Shown in pieces: positions 40,650 through 50,146 of a DNA stretch of 64,000 nt. The notes beneath the pieces are model-generated. The model did not search any database. It was not told the origin of the DNA and saw only the letters and a list, made by a program, of their open reading frames with translations. Numbering within the stretch: position 1 is the stretch's first letter; the number at the start of each line of letters is the position of its first letter. Source of the DNA: an uncultured Alphaproteobacteria bacterium (GTDB taxonomy: Bacteria; Pseudomonadota; Alphaproteobacteria; Rhodobacterales; Rhodobacteraceae); assembly GCA_963833115.1 (NCBI GenBank), contig CAWHWS010000002.1, positions 368,173 through 432,172 on the forward strand, in the 5' to 3' direction. The position numbers were made by a program, and so were the translations under genes.

Positions 40650-41270
40650 ATGGCCGGGACCGCGGCGCAGCCCGATCGCGACGAGGTCTTGATCGCGGAG
40701 ATGGGCCGGGCCCCCTCGGCGGTCGTCGCCGCCGTCTCGAAGGTCCTGATGCGGGAGGGGTATGGCGGCACCGTCCAGTTCACCCACGCCCAGATGGGTG
40801 AGATCCCGGCCTGGCAGGAGGACGACCCGGCCTCGCCCGACGAGCGGGCCGTGGGCGTGACGGTCTTCGTGGCGGTCGCGCTGCTGTTCCTGGCCTTCAT
40901 CGACCATCACGAGGTCGCCATCCAGACGCTCTTCATCATCGCCGTGCGCACCCGGCTGTCGGTGCTGCGGGGCGGGCCCATCGGCATCTTGATCGCCCGG
41001 TCCAACCCGCTCCGGCGCGGCATGATCCCCGTGCCGGACCTGCTCCAGATCCTGCCCGGCTTCGTCCACCTCATTCCGCCGATCCTCCTCTTCTCGGCGG
41101 CGGGGTCGACGCTCCACGGGATCGCGATCATCCTCTACGCCATCGCCCCCGTCATCCGCGTGACCGACCTCGGCATCCGCCTCGTCGACGAGGACGTGAT
41201 CGAGCCGGCCGACGCCTTCGGCATGACCGACCGTCAGAAGCTCTTCGGCGCGCGGATACCGCTGGCGCTC
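40650..41270 (+). pseudogene. Fused ProX/ProW-type (betaine/TMAO ABC transporter) remnant, truncated by element copy B
   Basis: Binding-protein start (EVLIAEM..AVSKVLMREGYG) joined to permease core (IRVTDLGIRLVDEDVIEPADAFGMTDRQKLFG..IPLAL), ending exactly at the element end. Confidence 0.75.
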
Positions 41271-41645
41271 GGCCTCGTCGCGCGAGGCCTGCCTGGGAGG
41301 CGCCTCGGGGCTTCAGCGGCATGGCCGGGCGGCATGTCCGAGCCCGCGCCCACCCGCCACCGCACCCTGAACTGGTCCGCCTACGACGCGTCGCCGCGTG
41401 AGCGCGGGTCGCTGGCGGTCCGGTTCGACCCGGCATGACCTGGTATGCGAGGCCGCCGGGCAAGCGCGGCCGGCCGCAGACCTTTCCGGGACGCGGCGAT
41501 CCAGGCGTGCCCGACGATCGAGGTCCTCTTCGGGCCGGTCGTCATCGCCGCCTCACCGCCCCGAGCACCCCGTCACGCGGCCCGTCGGCCGATCCCCATG
41601 GGGAAAGGGAAAGTCCGGCCTCCAGGCGCGTCAAGCGACAGCGCC
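41271..41645 (+). mobile_element. IS5-family (IS903-type) miniature element, copy B
   Basis: Residual MSEPAPTRHRTLNWSAYD..RGSLAVRFDP / TWYARPPGKRGRPQTF / DAAIQAC..VLFG, then C-terminal PVTRPVG; ends GGCCTCGTCGCGCG and CAAGCGACAGCGCC. Confidence 0.85.
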
Positions 41646-41844
41646 GGCGTGGTCGATGCCGTCCTCCCGCTCCTCCGGCGGTCCGTCCGGAGGAGCGGTG
41701 GGCGAGGCCCGGCAGCACGGACCGGACGATGCGCTCGGCGAGGCGATCCGGCATCTCAACACTCGAGCGCGGAGGGCGGCGGGACGCAGCGCGCCGGTCC
41801 GGCGGCACCAGGCGAGCGGAGCCGCAGGACGTGGCGACGGCCCG

Positions 41845-42630
41845 CTACCTGACCCCCAGCGCCTCGTCCGCCGGGGCCGCGGCGTCGGCCGACGCCCCTC
41901 CCCAGAGGTCGGCGCGCGCCCTGTCGAGGTCCGCCGCCGTGGTGATCTTGTAGTTCCGCTCGGACCCCTGGACCATCCGGACCGCCATGCCGGCCTCTCG
42001 GGCGACCGCGACGTCGTCCGCGCCGCTGCCGTCATGAGCCGCATGGGCCGCGCGGATCAGCTCGAACGCGAAGCCTTGCGGCGTCTGTGCCCGCCAGAGG
42101 CCGCCGCGCGGGACCGACCCGTCCGCCCAGCCGCCCTTGGCGGACCAGATCGCGTCGATCACCGGCAGCCCCGCGCAGGCGCCGTCGGCCTCCTGGAGCG
42201 CCGAGAGCACGCCTTCGATCACCCAGCGCGGCACGAACGGACGCGCCGCGTCGTGGATCAGGACGAGGTCGGGTCGATGGGCGCGCAGCGCCTCGAGCCC
42301 TCGGCGCACCGACAGGGCGCGGGTCGCGCCGCCCGCGACCGGCTCCAGCGCGCGCGCATCGACGAGCCCGTCGATCGAGCGCGCGCAGAGCACGGCGTCG
42401 TCGGGATGGATCACCGGCAGGACGAACCGCACGGCGTCGACGGCGAGGAACGCCTCGATCGAGCGGCGCAGGGCGCAGACGCCGTCGAGGGGGATGTACT
42501 GCTTCGGGACCTCCCCGCCGAGACGTCGTCCCCGGCCGGCGGCCACGAGCAATGTCGCGACGGAGGGCGGGCGTCCCGGCGCGGGGCTCGGCACGGGGCT
42601 CGGCGCGGGGAGCGCGCGGGGCCTAGTCAA
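41845..42630 (-). CDS. ispD: Stand-alone IspD-family (MEP/polyol-phosphate) cytidylyltransferase
   Basis: AAGRGRRLGGEVPKQY, LIHDAARPF, RAQTPQGF, NYKITT; no IspF domain follows. Confidence 0.82.
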   Translation of the reverse strand: MTRPRALPAPSPVPSPAPGRPPSVATLLVAAGRGRRLGGEVPKQYIPLDGVCALRRSIEAFLAVDAVRFVLPVIHPDDAVLCARSIDGLVDARALEPVAGGATRALSVRRGLEALRAHRPDLVLIHDAARPFVPRWVIEGVLSALQEADGACAGLPVIDAIWSAKGGWADGSVPRGGLWRAQTPQGFAFELIRAAHAAHDGSGADDVAVAREAGMAVRMVQGSERNYKITTAADLDRARADLWGGASADAAAPADEALGVR

Positions 42631-43228
42631 CGGACTGGATGGGCCGGGCGCTGCCGGACCGCTGGCCGGACGGGCGCGCGTGCGGCGGCCGGAAGAGCTG
42701 CGGCGCGAACCAGTCCGGCTCCTCGCCGGCGAAGAGGTCGAGGAAGCCGATCGCCCGGGACGGATCCTCCTCCACGTTCTCGCGAAAGCTCCACCAGGTC
42801 CGCAGGTCCCGGACCGATGGCGCGACGCGCTGCATCCCGTCGAAATCGGCCGAGATCACCAGCCCCCGGACATCGAGGCAGAACGCGACGTAGAGGTGCC
42901 CCTCGGGCCAGAACTGCGCGGGGTCGGCCGCGTCCCCGGGCCCCCGGACGCCGAGCCGGGCCGGCATTCCCACGATCAAGGCGCGCAGCATGAGACCGGC
43001 CGCGAACCCCACATAGGCGCGCTTGTCCCCGATGCTGACGGGCTTCTGCGCCTGAAAATCGGCGAGCCAGGCGGTGAACACGCCGGCGAGCGCCTCGCGG
43101 TCCACGGCGAAGCGATGCCCGGTCTCGGCCTCGATGCGCGCGACCTCGTCCTCGAACGCCCGGACGAACCATCGCAGGCGCTGCGCGGACTTCCGGAACG
43201 GCGTCTCTGGGGCGATCGGCGTCGTCAT
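42623..43228 (-). CDS. Hypothetical protein (201 aa)
   Basis: Good ORF coupled to neighbours; WPEGHLYVAFCL and TWWSFRENVEEDP look conserved; family not recognised. Confidence 0.7.
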   Translation of the reverse strand: MTTPIAPETPFRKSAQRLRWFVRAFEDEVARIEAETGHRFAVDREALAGVFTAWLADFQAQKPVSIGDKRAYVGFAAGLMLRALIVGMPARLGVRGPGDAADPAQFWPEGHLYVAFCLDVRGLVISADFDGMQRVAPSVRDLRTWWSFRENVEEDPSRAIGFLDLFAGEEPDWFAPQLFRPPHARPSGQRSGSARPIQSVD

Positions 43229-43237
43229 CGCGCACCG

Positions 43238-43912
43238 CTATAGATGGTCGGCCAGGGCCTGCAAATAGCGGGCCAGCCCCGCGGCGTCCTCCATCCGGTC
43301 CGGCACGCCGTCCCGCGTGGCCGCCACGAGCGCCGACGAAAGGCCGAGGATCGTCTCCTCCTCGGCCATCCCCGGCGCCCTCGCCGCGAGGAGCCAGAGG
43401 GCGATGGCGATCAGCGCCTGGTCGATCCGGGCCTGTTCGACCCCCCGGTCGGCATCGGCCAGTCCGGGCCTACGGGCGATGATCGCAGACGTGCGGATGT
43501 CGGCGATGAGGCGGGCGGCGCGCTCGGCCGGAGCCCGGCCCGTGAGCGGCCGCGTCGACAATCGTCCCGCGAGCAGCGTCTCGCTCATGAAATCCCCGTG
43601 TCGTCCGCCGGGCAGGTGCTCCCACGCGTAGACGACCACCGTCGCCAGCGTCTCCGGCGCGGCGGCGCGATCCGCCAGCGTGTCGGCGGCCGCACGCACG
43701 GCGCCCGGGTCGATCGGCGCCGCCTTGAGACGCCGTCCGACGGAGTGGACGGCCCGGAGACCCGCTCGGAACCCATCACGGATGGGCTCGGGCAGGAGGG
43801 CGACCGCCGGCTCGATGGTCTCCTCGGTCGCATCGGCCAGCGAGGAGACGCCCCGGAGGGCATCACGGAGCGGCATCTGCAGCGTCGAGAAGAGGTGGGG
43901 CGCCGATCGCAT
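43238..43912 (-). CDS. Hypothetical helical protein (224 aa)
   Basis: ORF in operon between pfkB and the 201-aa gene; family not recognised. Confidence 0.65.
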   Translation of the reverse strand: MRSAPHLFSTLQMPLRDALRGVSSLADATEETIEPAVALLPEPIRDGFRAGLRAVHSVGRRLKAAPIDPGAVRAAADTLADRAAAPETLATVVVYAWEHLPGGRHGDFMSETLLAGRLSTRPLTGRAPAERAARLIADIRTSAIIARRPGLADADRGVEQARIDQALIAIALWLLAARAPGMAEEETILGLSSALVAATRDGVPDRMEDAAGLARYLQALADHL

Positions 43913-43941
43913 GTCGCACTCCGAGGCGGATGACCGAGAGA

Positions 43942-44886
43942 CTATCCCCGATGCGGGGTCGTTGCCATGAAATCCAGCGTCGCCTCGAGCGAGACGACCC
44001 CCGCCTGCGAGCCCAGCCCGGTGGCGTTCTGGGCCGAGGCCGCCTGCCCCAGTCGCAGGCAGTCCGCCATCCGGCGGCCCAGATGCAGGCCGGTGGCGAA
44101 GCCGGCGTTGAAGCAGTCGCCGCAGCCGCAGGTGCACAGCACGTCCACGTCGAAGGCGGGCGAGTCGATCCGCGCGCCCGAGCGGTCGCGCAGCATCGCC
44201 CCCTGCGCCCCGAGCGTCAGGATCACGGCGCCGGCCCCGAGGTCCAGCAGGAAGGCCGCGATGTCGTCGAGATCCGTCAGCCCCGACAGCGCCATCGCCT
44301 CCTCCTCGGAGGGCATGAAGTAATCGGTGTTCGGCAGCAGCGACCGGACCAGGTCCAGGTCGGCGGCGGTAGAGGCGAAGACGTCGAGCGTGGTCGTGAC
44401 GCCCCGGGATCGCGCCTCGGCCAGCACCTCGGCGGTGCGACCCGCGTCCATCCGGTCCATCAGCCCCACGCCGCCGACATGCAGGATGCGCGTGTCCAGC
44501 ACGCTCTCCAACGCGGCGTCGTCCACCCAGAAGCCCGCCGTCGCGCCGCGCTTGTGCAGCGCCGGGCGCGCGCCGTCCGGGCGCGTGGTCACGATGCTCG
44601 AGGAGGTCGAGAAGCCCGGGCAGCGCTGCATGTGCCGCGTGTCCACGCCGAAATCGCCCAGCCGGCGCAGCACCCAGTCGCCCATCAGGTCCTCGCCCAC
44701 CCCGCCGACCGCCTGCACGCTGAGGCCGTGCCTGGCTGCGACGATGGCGGCCGATCCGGCCGCGCCGGACACCGCGAGCGCGAAATCCTCCACGAAATGG
44801 GTGCCGCCGCCGGCCGGTATCTCGGTCACCGGGCGGCACAGCGCGTCGAACGTGTAGAACCCCATCGAGGTGTAGTCGAAGGTCAT
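43942..44886 (-). CDS. PfkB/ribokinase-family carbohydrate kinase
   Basis: GAAGSAAIVAAR, FMPSEEEA, ILTLGAQG, TCGCGDCFNAGF anion-hole motif. Confidence 0.92.
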   Translation of the reverse strand: MTFDYTSMGFYTFDALCRPVTEIPAGGGTHFVEDFALAVSGAAGSAAIVAARHGLSVQAVGGVGEDLMGDWVLRRLGDFGVDTRHMQRCPGFSTSSSIVTTRPDGARPALHKRGATAGFWVDDAALESVLDTRILHVGGVGLMDRMDAGRTAEVLAEARSRGVTTTLDVFASTAADLDLVRSLLPNTDYFMPSEEEAMALSGLTDLDDIAAFLLDLGAGAVILTLGAQGAMLRDRSGARIDSPAFDVDVLCTCGCGDCFNAGFATGLHLGRRMADCLRLGQAASAQNATGLGSQAGVVSLEATLDFMATTPHRG

Positions 44887-44893
44887 GGCATCC

Positions 44894-45943
44894 TCAGCGT
44901 AGCCGCTCGCCGCTGGCATGGTCGAAGAGGTAGAGCCGGGCGGGATCGAAGCGCACGCTCTGCGTGCCGCCCAGCTCCGCGCGGTAGGCGCGGTCGGCCT
45001 TGATCTCGACCAGCGTCTCTCCGGTCCGCAGCGTGAGGAACGTCATGTCGCCGGTGGGCTCCAGCCCGTAGATCTCGCCCGTCAGGTCGCCCCCGCCCGG
45101 CGATACCGCGCAGTCCTCGGGGCGCACGCCGAGCGTGACCGGCCCCGCGTGCCGGCTCGGCAGTCCCGCGACCTCGACCCCCGGCGCGGAGAAGCGACCG
45201 CCCTCCAGCCGCCCCTCGATCAGGTTCATGGGCGGCGATCCGATGAAGTTCGCGACGAACGTGTTGGCCGGATCGGTGTAGATGTCGTCGGGCGTGCCGA
45301 TCTGCTGTATCCGCCCGGCGCGCATGACGACGATCCGGTCCGCCAGGGTCATCGCCTCGATCTGGTCGTGGGTGACGTAGACGGTGGTGATGCGCAGCTC
45401 GCGCTGGATGTGCTTGATCTGCACCCGCATCGCCTGGCGCAGCTTGGCGTCCAGGTTCGAGAGCGGCTCGTCCATCAGGAAGACCTGCGGCTGGCGCACG
45501 ATGGCGCGGGCCAACGCCGCGCGCTGGCGCTGCCCGCCCGAGAGCGCGCCGGGCTTGCGATCCAGGTAGTCGGCCAGCTCCACCAGCCCGGCGGCGCGGC
45601 GCACCTGCGCGTCCTGCTCGGCGCGCGGCACGCCGCGCATCCTGAGCGGGAAGCGGATGTTCTCGTAGACGGTCATGTTCGGGTAGAGCGCGTAGCCCTG
45701 GAACACCATCGCCACGTCGCGGTCGCGCGGATCGACCTCGTTCATCAGCTCGCCGTCCATGCGGATCTCGCCCGCCGTCGGCTCCTCCAGGCCCGCGATC
45801 ATCCGCATCGTCGTGGTCTTGCCGCAGCCCGAAGGGCCGAGGAAGACGACGAACTCCTCGTCGGCGATGTCCATGTCGACGTCCCGCACGCCGTGGACGT
45901 CGCCCCAGCTCTTCTGGATGCCCGAAAGCTCGATCCGCGCCAT
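44894..45943 (-). CDS. CUT1 carbohydrate ABC transporter ATP-binding protein
   Basis: GPSGCGKTT, LSGGQRQR, FLMDEPLSNLDAKLR. Confidence 0.96.
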   Translation of the reverse strand: MARIELSGIQKSWGDVHGVRDVDMDIADEEFVVFLGPSGCGKTTTMRMIAGLEEPTAGEIRMDGELMNEVDPRDRDVAMVFQGYALYPNMTVYENIRFPLRMRGVPRAEQDAQVRRAAGLVELADYLDRKPGALSGGQRQRAALARAIVRQPQVFLMDEPLSNLDAKLRQAMRVQIKHIQRELRITTVYVTHDQIEAMTLADRIVVMRAGRIQQIGTPDDIYTDPANTFVANFIGSPPMNLIEGRLEGGRFSAPGVEVAGLPSRHAGPVTLGVRPEDCAVSPGGGDLTGEIYGLEPTGDMTFLTLRTGETLVEIKADRAYRAELGGTQSVRFDPARLYLFDHASGERLR

Positions 45944-45945
45944 CG

Positions 45946-46788
45946 CTACCCCTTCACCGCGCCCATGGTCAGCCCGCGGCTCAGGTGCTTCTGGATCGCG
46001 ACCACCACGAGGAACACCGGCAGGAACGCGAGGAAGGCGACCAGCGCGATGGCGTTGTAGATCACGCCGTCCGAGCCGCCGGTGAAGTTCGCGAGCGCGA
46101 CCGACATCGTGTAGGCGTCCGGCGTCGAGGCGATCAGCAGCGTGAACAGGAACTCGTTGATCGCGAAGATCATCGCGATGACCGCCGCGGTGATGATGCC
46201 GGGCAGGATCGCCGGCACGATGATCTCCCACAGGATGCGCAGGTCCGACGCGCCGTCGGTGCGCGCCGCGTCCTCGAGCTCGTGCGGGATGTCGAGCATG
46301 TAGGACCGGATGATCCACGTCACGAAGGAGAGGTTGATGGCGGCGTAGATCAGCATCAGGGCCCAGATCGTGTCGAGGAGGCCCATGTTGCGGAACAGGA
46401 AGAAGATCGGGATCGCCACGATCGCCGGCGCCATCATCCGCGTCGACAGGATGTAGAACCCGATGTCGTCGCGCCCCCGGTACTCGTAGCGCGCCAGGGA
46501 GTAGGCCGCCGGGATCGCGAGGACGAGGTCGATCACCACCGATCCGAGGACCGCCAGGACCGAGTTGCGCAGGTACTTCGCCATCGGCCAGTCCGACCAG
46601 ATCATGTGCCAGGCGTCGAGCGAGAGCGTGGGCAGGTAGATCGGGCGCGGGGTGATGATCTCGGTCCGCGGGCGCAGGCCGATCGAGAGGAACCACAGCA
46701 CCGGCACCAGGCAGAACAGCGCCCATCCTCCCAGGATCAGGTAGCGCAGCGCGCGCGACTCGCCGCGCCGGCGTCTGGCGGACGCCAT
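45946..46788 (-). CDS. Carbohydrate ABC permease (MalG-like)
   Basis: ELEDAARTDGA EAA motif, six TM segments. Confidence 0.95.
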   Translation of the reverse strand: MASARRRRGESRALRYLILGGWALFCLVPVLWFLSIGLRPRTEIITPRPIYLPTLSLDAWHMIWSDWPMAKYLRNSVLAVLGSVVIDLVLAIPAAYSLARYEYRGRDDIGFYILSTRMMAPAIVAIPIFFLFRNMGLLDTIWALMLIYAAINLSFVTWIIRSYMLDIPHELEDAARTDGASDLRILWEIIVPAILPGIITAAVIAMIFAINEFLFTLLIASTPDAYTMSVALANFTGGSDGVIYNAIALVAFLAFLPVFLVVVAIQKHLSRGLTMGAVKG

Positions 46789-46791
46789 GCC

Positions 46792-47709
46792 CTAGTCCCT
46801 CGACGAGACGAAGGCGCGCTTCACCACGAGCTGCGCGACGAGGATGGTGATGACCAGCATGACGACCGAGGCCGCCGAGGCGTAGCCGAAGTCGAAGAAC
46901 TTGAAGCCCGTCCGGTAGATGAAGTAGCTGATCGTCTCGGTCCCGAAGGCCGGGCCGCCCTTGGTGATGATGAAGACGTTGGCGAACATCGTCGTGATGT
47001 CGATCCCCCGCAGGATCAGGGCGACCGCGATCACCGGCTTCATCAGGGGCAGCGACACGTTCCAGAAGATCGCGAACCAGGACGCGCCGTCGAGCCGGGC
47101 GGCCTCCTCCACCTCCTCGTCCTGGCCCTGCAGGGCGGCGACGAAGATGATGAAGAGGAACGGCGTCCACTGCCAGACGTCCGCCGCGATCAGCAGCGCC
47201 CGGCTGCCCCAGATCGAGGACTGGATCGCGAGGTTCCCATCGATCAGCCCGAGCCGCATGAGCACGTCGGCGAAGACGCGCCCGTCCAGCACCGCCAGCT
47301 TGTAGATGAAGGCGACCGCCGAGGGCATGAACAGCATCGGCACCAGGAACGCGATCCGCCAGCCGCGCACCCACGGATCGCGGTAGGCGTGATAGGCCAG
47401 CGTCAGCGCGATCAGGCACTGCAACGTGAGGGCGATCGAGCCGATCACGAACGTGTTCCAGAGCGCGCCCCAGAACTGCGCGTCGCCCATCAGCTTGGCG
47501 TAGTTGGCGAAGCCGACCGGGTTCCATGGCCCGAACTTCACCGCGTGGAAGCTCTGCACGATGGCGTAGACGCCGGGGTAGAGCGTGATCCCGAAGAGGT
47601 AGATCACCGCCGGCGCGACCAGCAGGTAGGGGAACGCCGCCCGCATCCGCCTTGAGCGCCGCCGCCGGACGGGGCGCGCGGCCGCGCCGGGTGCCGCGAG
47701 GTCGCTCAC
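46792..47709 (-). CDS. Carbohydrate ABC permease (MalF-like)
   Basis: WQWTPF, EEAARLDGA, GGPAFGTET. Confidence 0.95.
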   Translation of the reverse strand: MSDLAAPGAAARPVRRRRSRRMRAAFPYLLVAPAVIYLFGITLYPGVYAIVQSFHAVKFGPWNPVGFANYAKLMGDAQFWGALWNTFVIGSIALTLQCLIALTLAYHAYRDPWVRGWRIAFLVPMLFMPSAVAFIYKLAVLDGRVFADVLMRLGLIDGNLAIQSSIWGSRALLIAADVWQWTPFLFIIFVAALQGQDEEVEEAARLDGASWFAIFWNVSLPLMKPVIAVALILRGIDITTMFANVFIITKGGPAFGTETISYFIYRTGFKFFDFGYASAASVVMLVITILVAQLVVKRAFVSSRD

Positions 47710-47725
47710 GCGGCGGCGCTCCGGC

Positions 47726-48466
47726 TCACTCGGCCATCCCCGCGATCTCGCCGGCGACGGCCTCGCCCAGGTCGCGGTTGCCCTGCACCAGGAGGTGGAT
47801 GCCGTCCGGGCCCACGTCCTCCTTGCCCACGACCGTCGCCGCGTCGAAGAAGGCCGCCCCCGCCGCCTTGGCGATGGCCTCGTAGACCTCCGGCAGCGCC
47901 TCGATCTTCTCCTGCGAGCCGGCGAATATCTCCGCCGCGCCGGGGTCGATCTCGTCGCCGAGCGGCGGCGGGCTGATGACGAGCACTCGGGGCGGCTCCT
48001 CCTCGTAGGTGTACCAGCCGAGCCCGCTGCCCCGCTGCACGATGTCGATGAGCTCGCCCATGCCCAGCCCGATCTCCAGCGGGGAGCGGTCGAGATAGGT
48101 CTTGGTGTCGTTGGTCCCGAGCATGATCACCACGACGTCCAGCGGCGCGTGGCTCATCAGGGCGGAGTCGAGGTACTCCGCCCCGTTCATGAGGCCCGGC
48201 GCCGATCCGTCCTCCACGTTGGTCGTGCGCCCGCTCAGGCCCTCGGTCACGACGTGGTAGCCCTCGCCCAGCGCCGCCTGGAGGATCCGGGGCCAGCGGT
48301 CGGCCTCGGCGTGGCGCTCGGTCGGGGTGATCGGGTCCTTGGGCACCCAGCCCCAGGTGATGGAATCGCCGAAGACCATGACGTTGACGGGGTCCTCCGC
48401 CTCCTGGGCGGCGGCGGGGACGGCGAGCGCCGCGGCGAGCGCGGCCGTGAGGATCGTGCGGGTCAT
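47726..48466 (-). CDS. Secreted SGNH/GDSL hydrolase
   Basis: Signal peptide, FGDSITWG, EGLSGRTT, MLGTNDTK, DGIH catalytic motifs. Confidence 0.92.
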   Translation of the reverse strand: MTRTILTAALAAALAVPAAAQEAEDPVNVMVFGDSITWGWVPKDPITPTERHAEADRWPRILQAALGEGYHVVTEGLSGRTTNVEDGSAPGLMNGAEYLDSALMSHAPLDVVVIMLGTNDTKTYLDRSPLEIGLGMGELIDIVQRGSGLGWYTYEEEPPRVLVISPPPLGDEIDPGAAEIFAGSQEKIEALPEVYEAIAKAAGAAFFDAATVVGKEDVGPDGIHLLVQGNRDLGEAVAGEIAGMAE

Positions 48467-48521
48467 CGGAACCTCCGGGGGCGGGGGGACGGACGGCGCG
48501 CCATGCGCCGCCCGTTCGGAT

Positions 48522-50081
48522 TCAGAACGGCAGGTCCTTGCCCTCGCCGACATAGAGCCCCGGCGCGGCCTGGGCGTACTCGACCGGATCGGCGCCCTGG
48601 TAGAACCCGTTCTGCGACATGATCTCCCGCACCGCCGCGGCGGCGTTGTCGAGCGCCTCCTGCCCGGTGATCTGCCCGACCACGGCGCGGTTGATCTCGT
48701 TGCCGATGGCCTGCTCGATCGGGAACGCGCCCGGCAGCCGCGGCGAGCACCAGGCGTGCTCGAGGCTGTCGGACCACACCTTCGCCGGCTGGCTGACCTG
48801 CTGCAGGTTGGGGTTGGTCAGGACCGAGCGGTAGCCCGGCGCCACGCCGTTGGCGTTGGCCTCGTTCATCGCCATGATCGACGCGGTCGTGAGGAACGCC
48901 AGCATCAGGAACGCCCCCTCGGGGTTCTGCGCGCTGGCCGCGACGCAGGAGGTGGAGCCCGCGATGTTGGGCGGCGCGAAGCGGCCCCCCTCGATGCGGG
49001 GCTCGTAGATGGTCGTGAACTGATCGACGATCTGGCTCTGGTCGGGGCGCATCGCCTGCGTGCCCGAGTCCTGCCAGGAGATGTTGGTCGCGACCTGCCC
49101 GCCGAGCCACGCGGCGCGGTTCTCGGGCCAGCCGGCACCGGCGAAGCCCTCGTTGGCATTGGGCGCCAGCGCCAGGATGATCTCCATCCCCTTCATGCCC
49201 TCGGGCCCGTTGAAGATCGGCTCCCAGCCCTCGTCGAAGAGCATCATGCCGGCCTGCGCGGCGATGTGCTCCCACGTGTAGGTCGACCAGAACCCGGGCG
49301 CGGCCATCATGCCCACGCCCGACACGCCCGGCCGCACGCGGTTCAGCTCGCCGGAGACCCGGATCAGCTCGTCATAGGTCGGGATCGTGGAGACCCGGTC
49401 GACCTCCCCGCCCAGGACCTCGCGCATGAGGTCGGTGCGGACGTGGACCATCTGCACGTCGCAGTCGAACGGAATGCCGTACATCTTGCCGTTGAAGAAG
49501 CCGTAGTTGAGCCGGTACGTATCGTAGAAGTCGTCGAGCGGCAGGTTCCACTTCTCGGCGTAGTCGTCGAGCTCGGCGAGGAAGCCGGGCGCCGCGAAAT
49601 CCCCCATCCAGGGCGAGAAGAACTGCAGCGCGTCGAAGCTCGCGTTGCCCGAGATGAACTCCGTCAGCGCCTTGTCGTAGAAGCTGTCGTCGGGGATCGG
49701 CACCAGCTCGACGGTGATGCCGGAGAGCTCCTCGAACGGGGTCAGGCCCTCCGCGGCGGATTCCGCGTCGGCCGCGCCGATGGCGAAGCGCACGGTGGTG
49801 CCGCCCAGCTCGGAGCGGACCTTCTCCCAGTCGACGGTGCGGATCCAGTCCCTCGCCGGATCCCACATCCTGTCCTCGTCGGTCAGCCCGTAGAGCTCGC
49901 GGTAGTCGGCGCGCACGTACTGCTCGATCGAGATGCGGTCGAGGACGCTCTGCGGATCGGGAAGCTGCGACTGCGCGAACGCGGGCATCGCCAGCCCGCC
50001 GCCGGCGCCGGCCGCGATCAGGCCGCCGGCCGAGCTTCGCTGCAGGAACGACCGTCTGGATAGGTGTCCGCCGATCTTCAT
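48522..50081 (-). CDS. Tat-exported carbohydrate ABC substrate-binding protein
   Basis: SRRSFL twin-arginine signal; GIPFDCD; heads the CUT1 operon. Confidence 0.88.
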   Translation of the reverse strand: MKIGGHLSRRSFLQRSSAGGLIAAGAGGGLAMPAFAQSQLPDPQSVLDRISIEQYVRADYRELYGLTDEDRMWDPARDWIRTVDWEKVRSELGGTTVRFAIGAADAESAAEGLTPFEELSGITVELVPIPDDSFYDKALTEFISGNASFDALQFFSPWMGDFAAPGFLAELDDYAEKWNLPLDDFYDTYRLNYGFFNGKMYGIPFDCDVQMVHVRTDLMREVLGGEVDRVSTIPTYDELIRVSGELNRVRPGVSGVGMMAAPGFWSTYTWEHIAAQAGMMLFDEGWEPIFNGPEGMKGMEIILALAPNANEGFAGAGWPENRAAWLGGQVATNISWQDSGTQAMRPDQSQIVDQFTTIYEPRIEGGRFAPPNIAGSTSCVAASAQNPEGAFLMLAFLTTASIMAMNEANANGVAPGYRSVLTNPNLQQVSQPAKVWSDSLEHAWCSPRLPGAFPIEQAIGNEINRAVVGQITGQEALDNAAAAVREIMSQNGFYQGADPVEYAQAAPGLYVGEGKDLPF

Positions 50082-50146
50082 GATGTGGTTCCTCCCTTGG
50101 ATCCGACGCCGTCCGATCCCGCCCGGATCGTGATGCCCGGTGCGGC

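Noticed and set aside
42577-42612. 12-bp repeats encoding PAPSPVPSPAPG at the IspD N-terminus
   Set aside because: Real but low-complexity linker with no functional signal; may lie upstream of the true start
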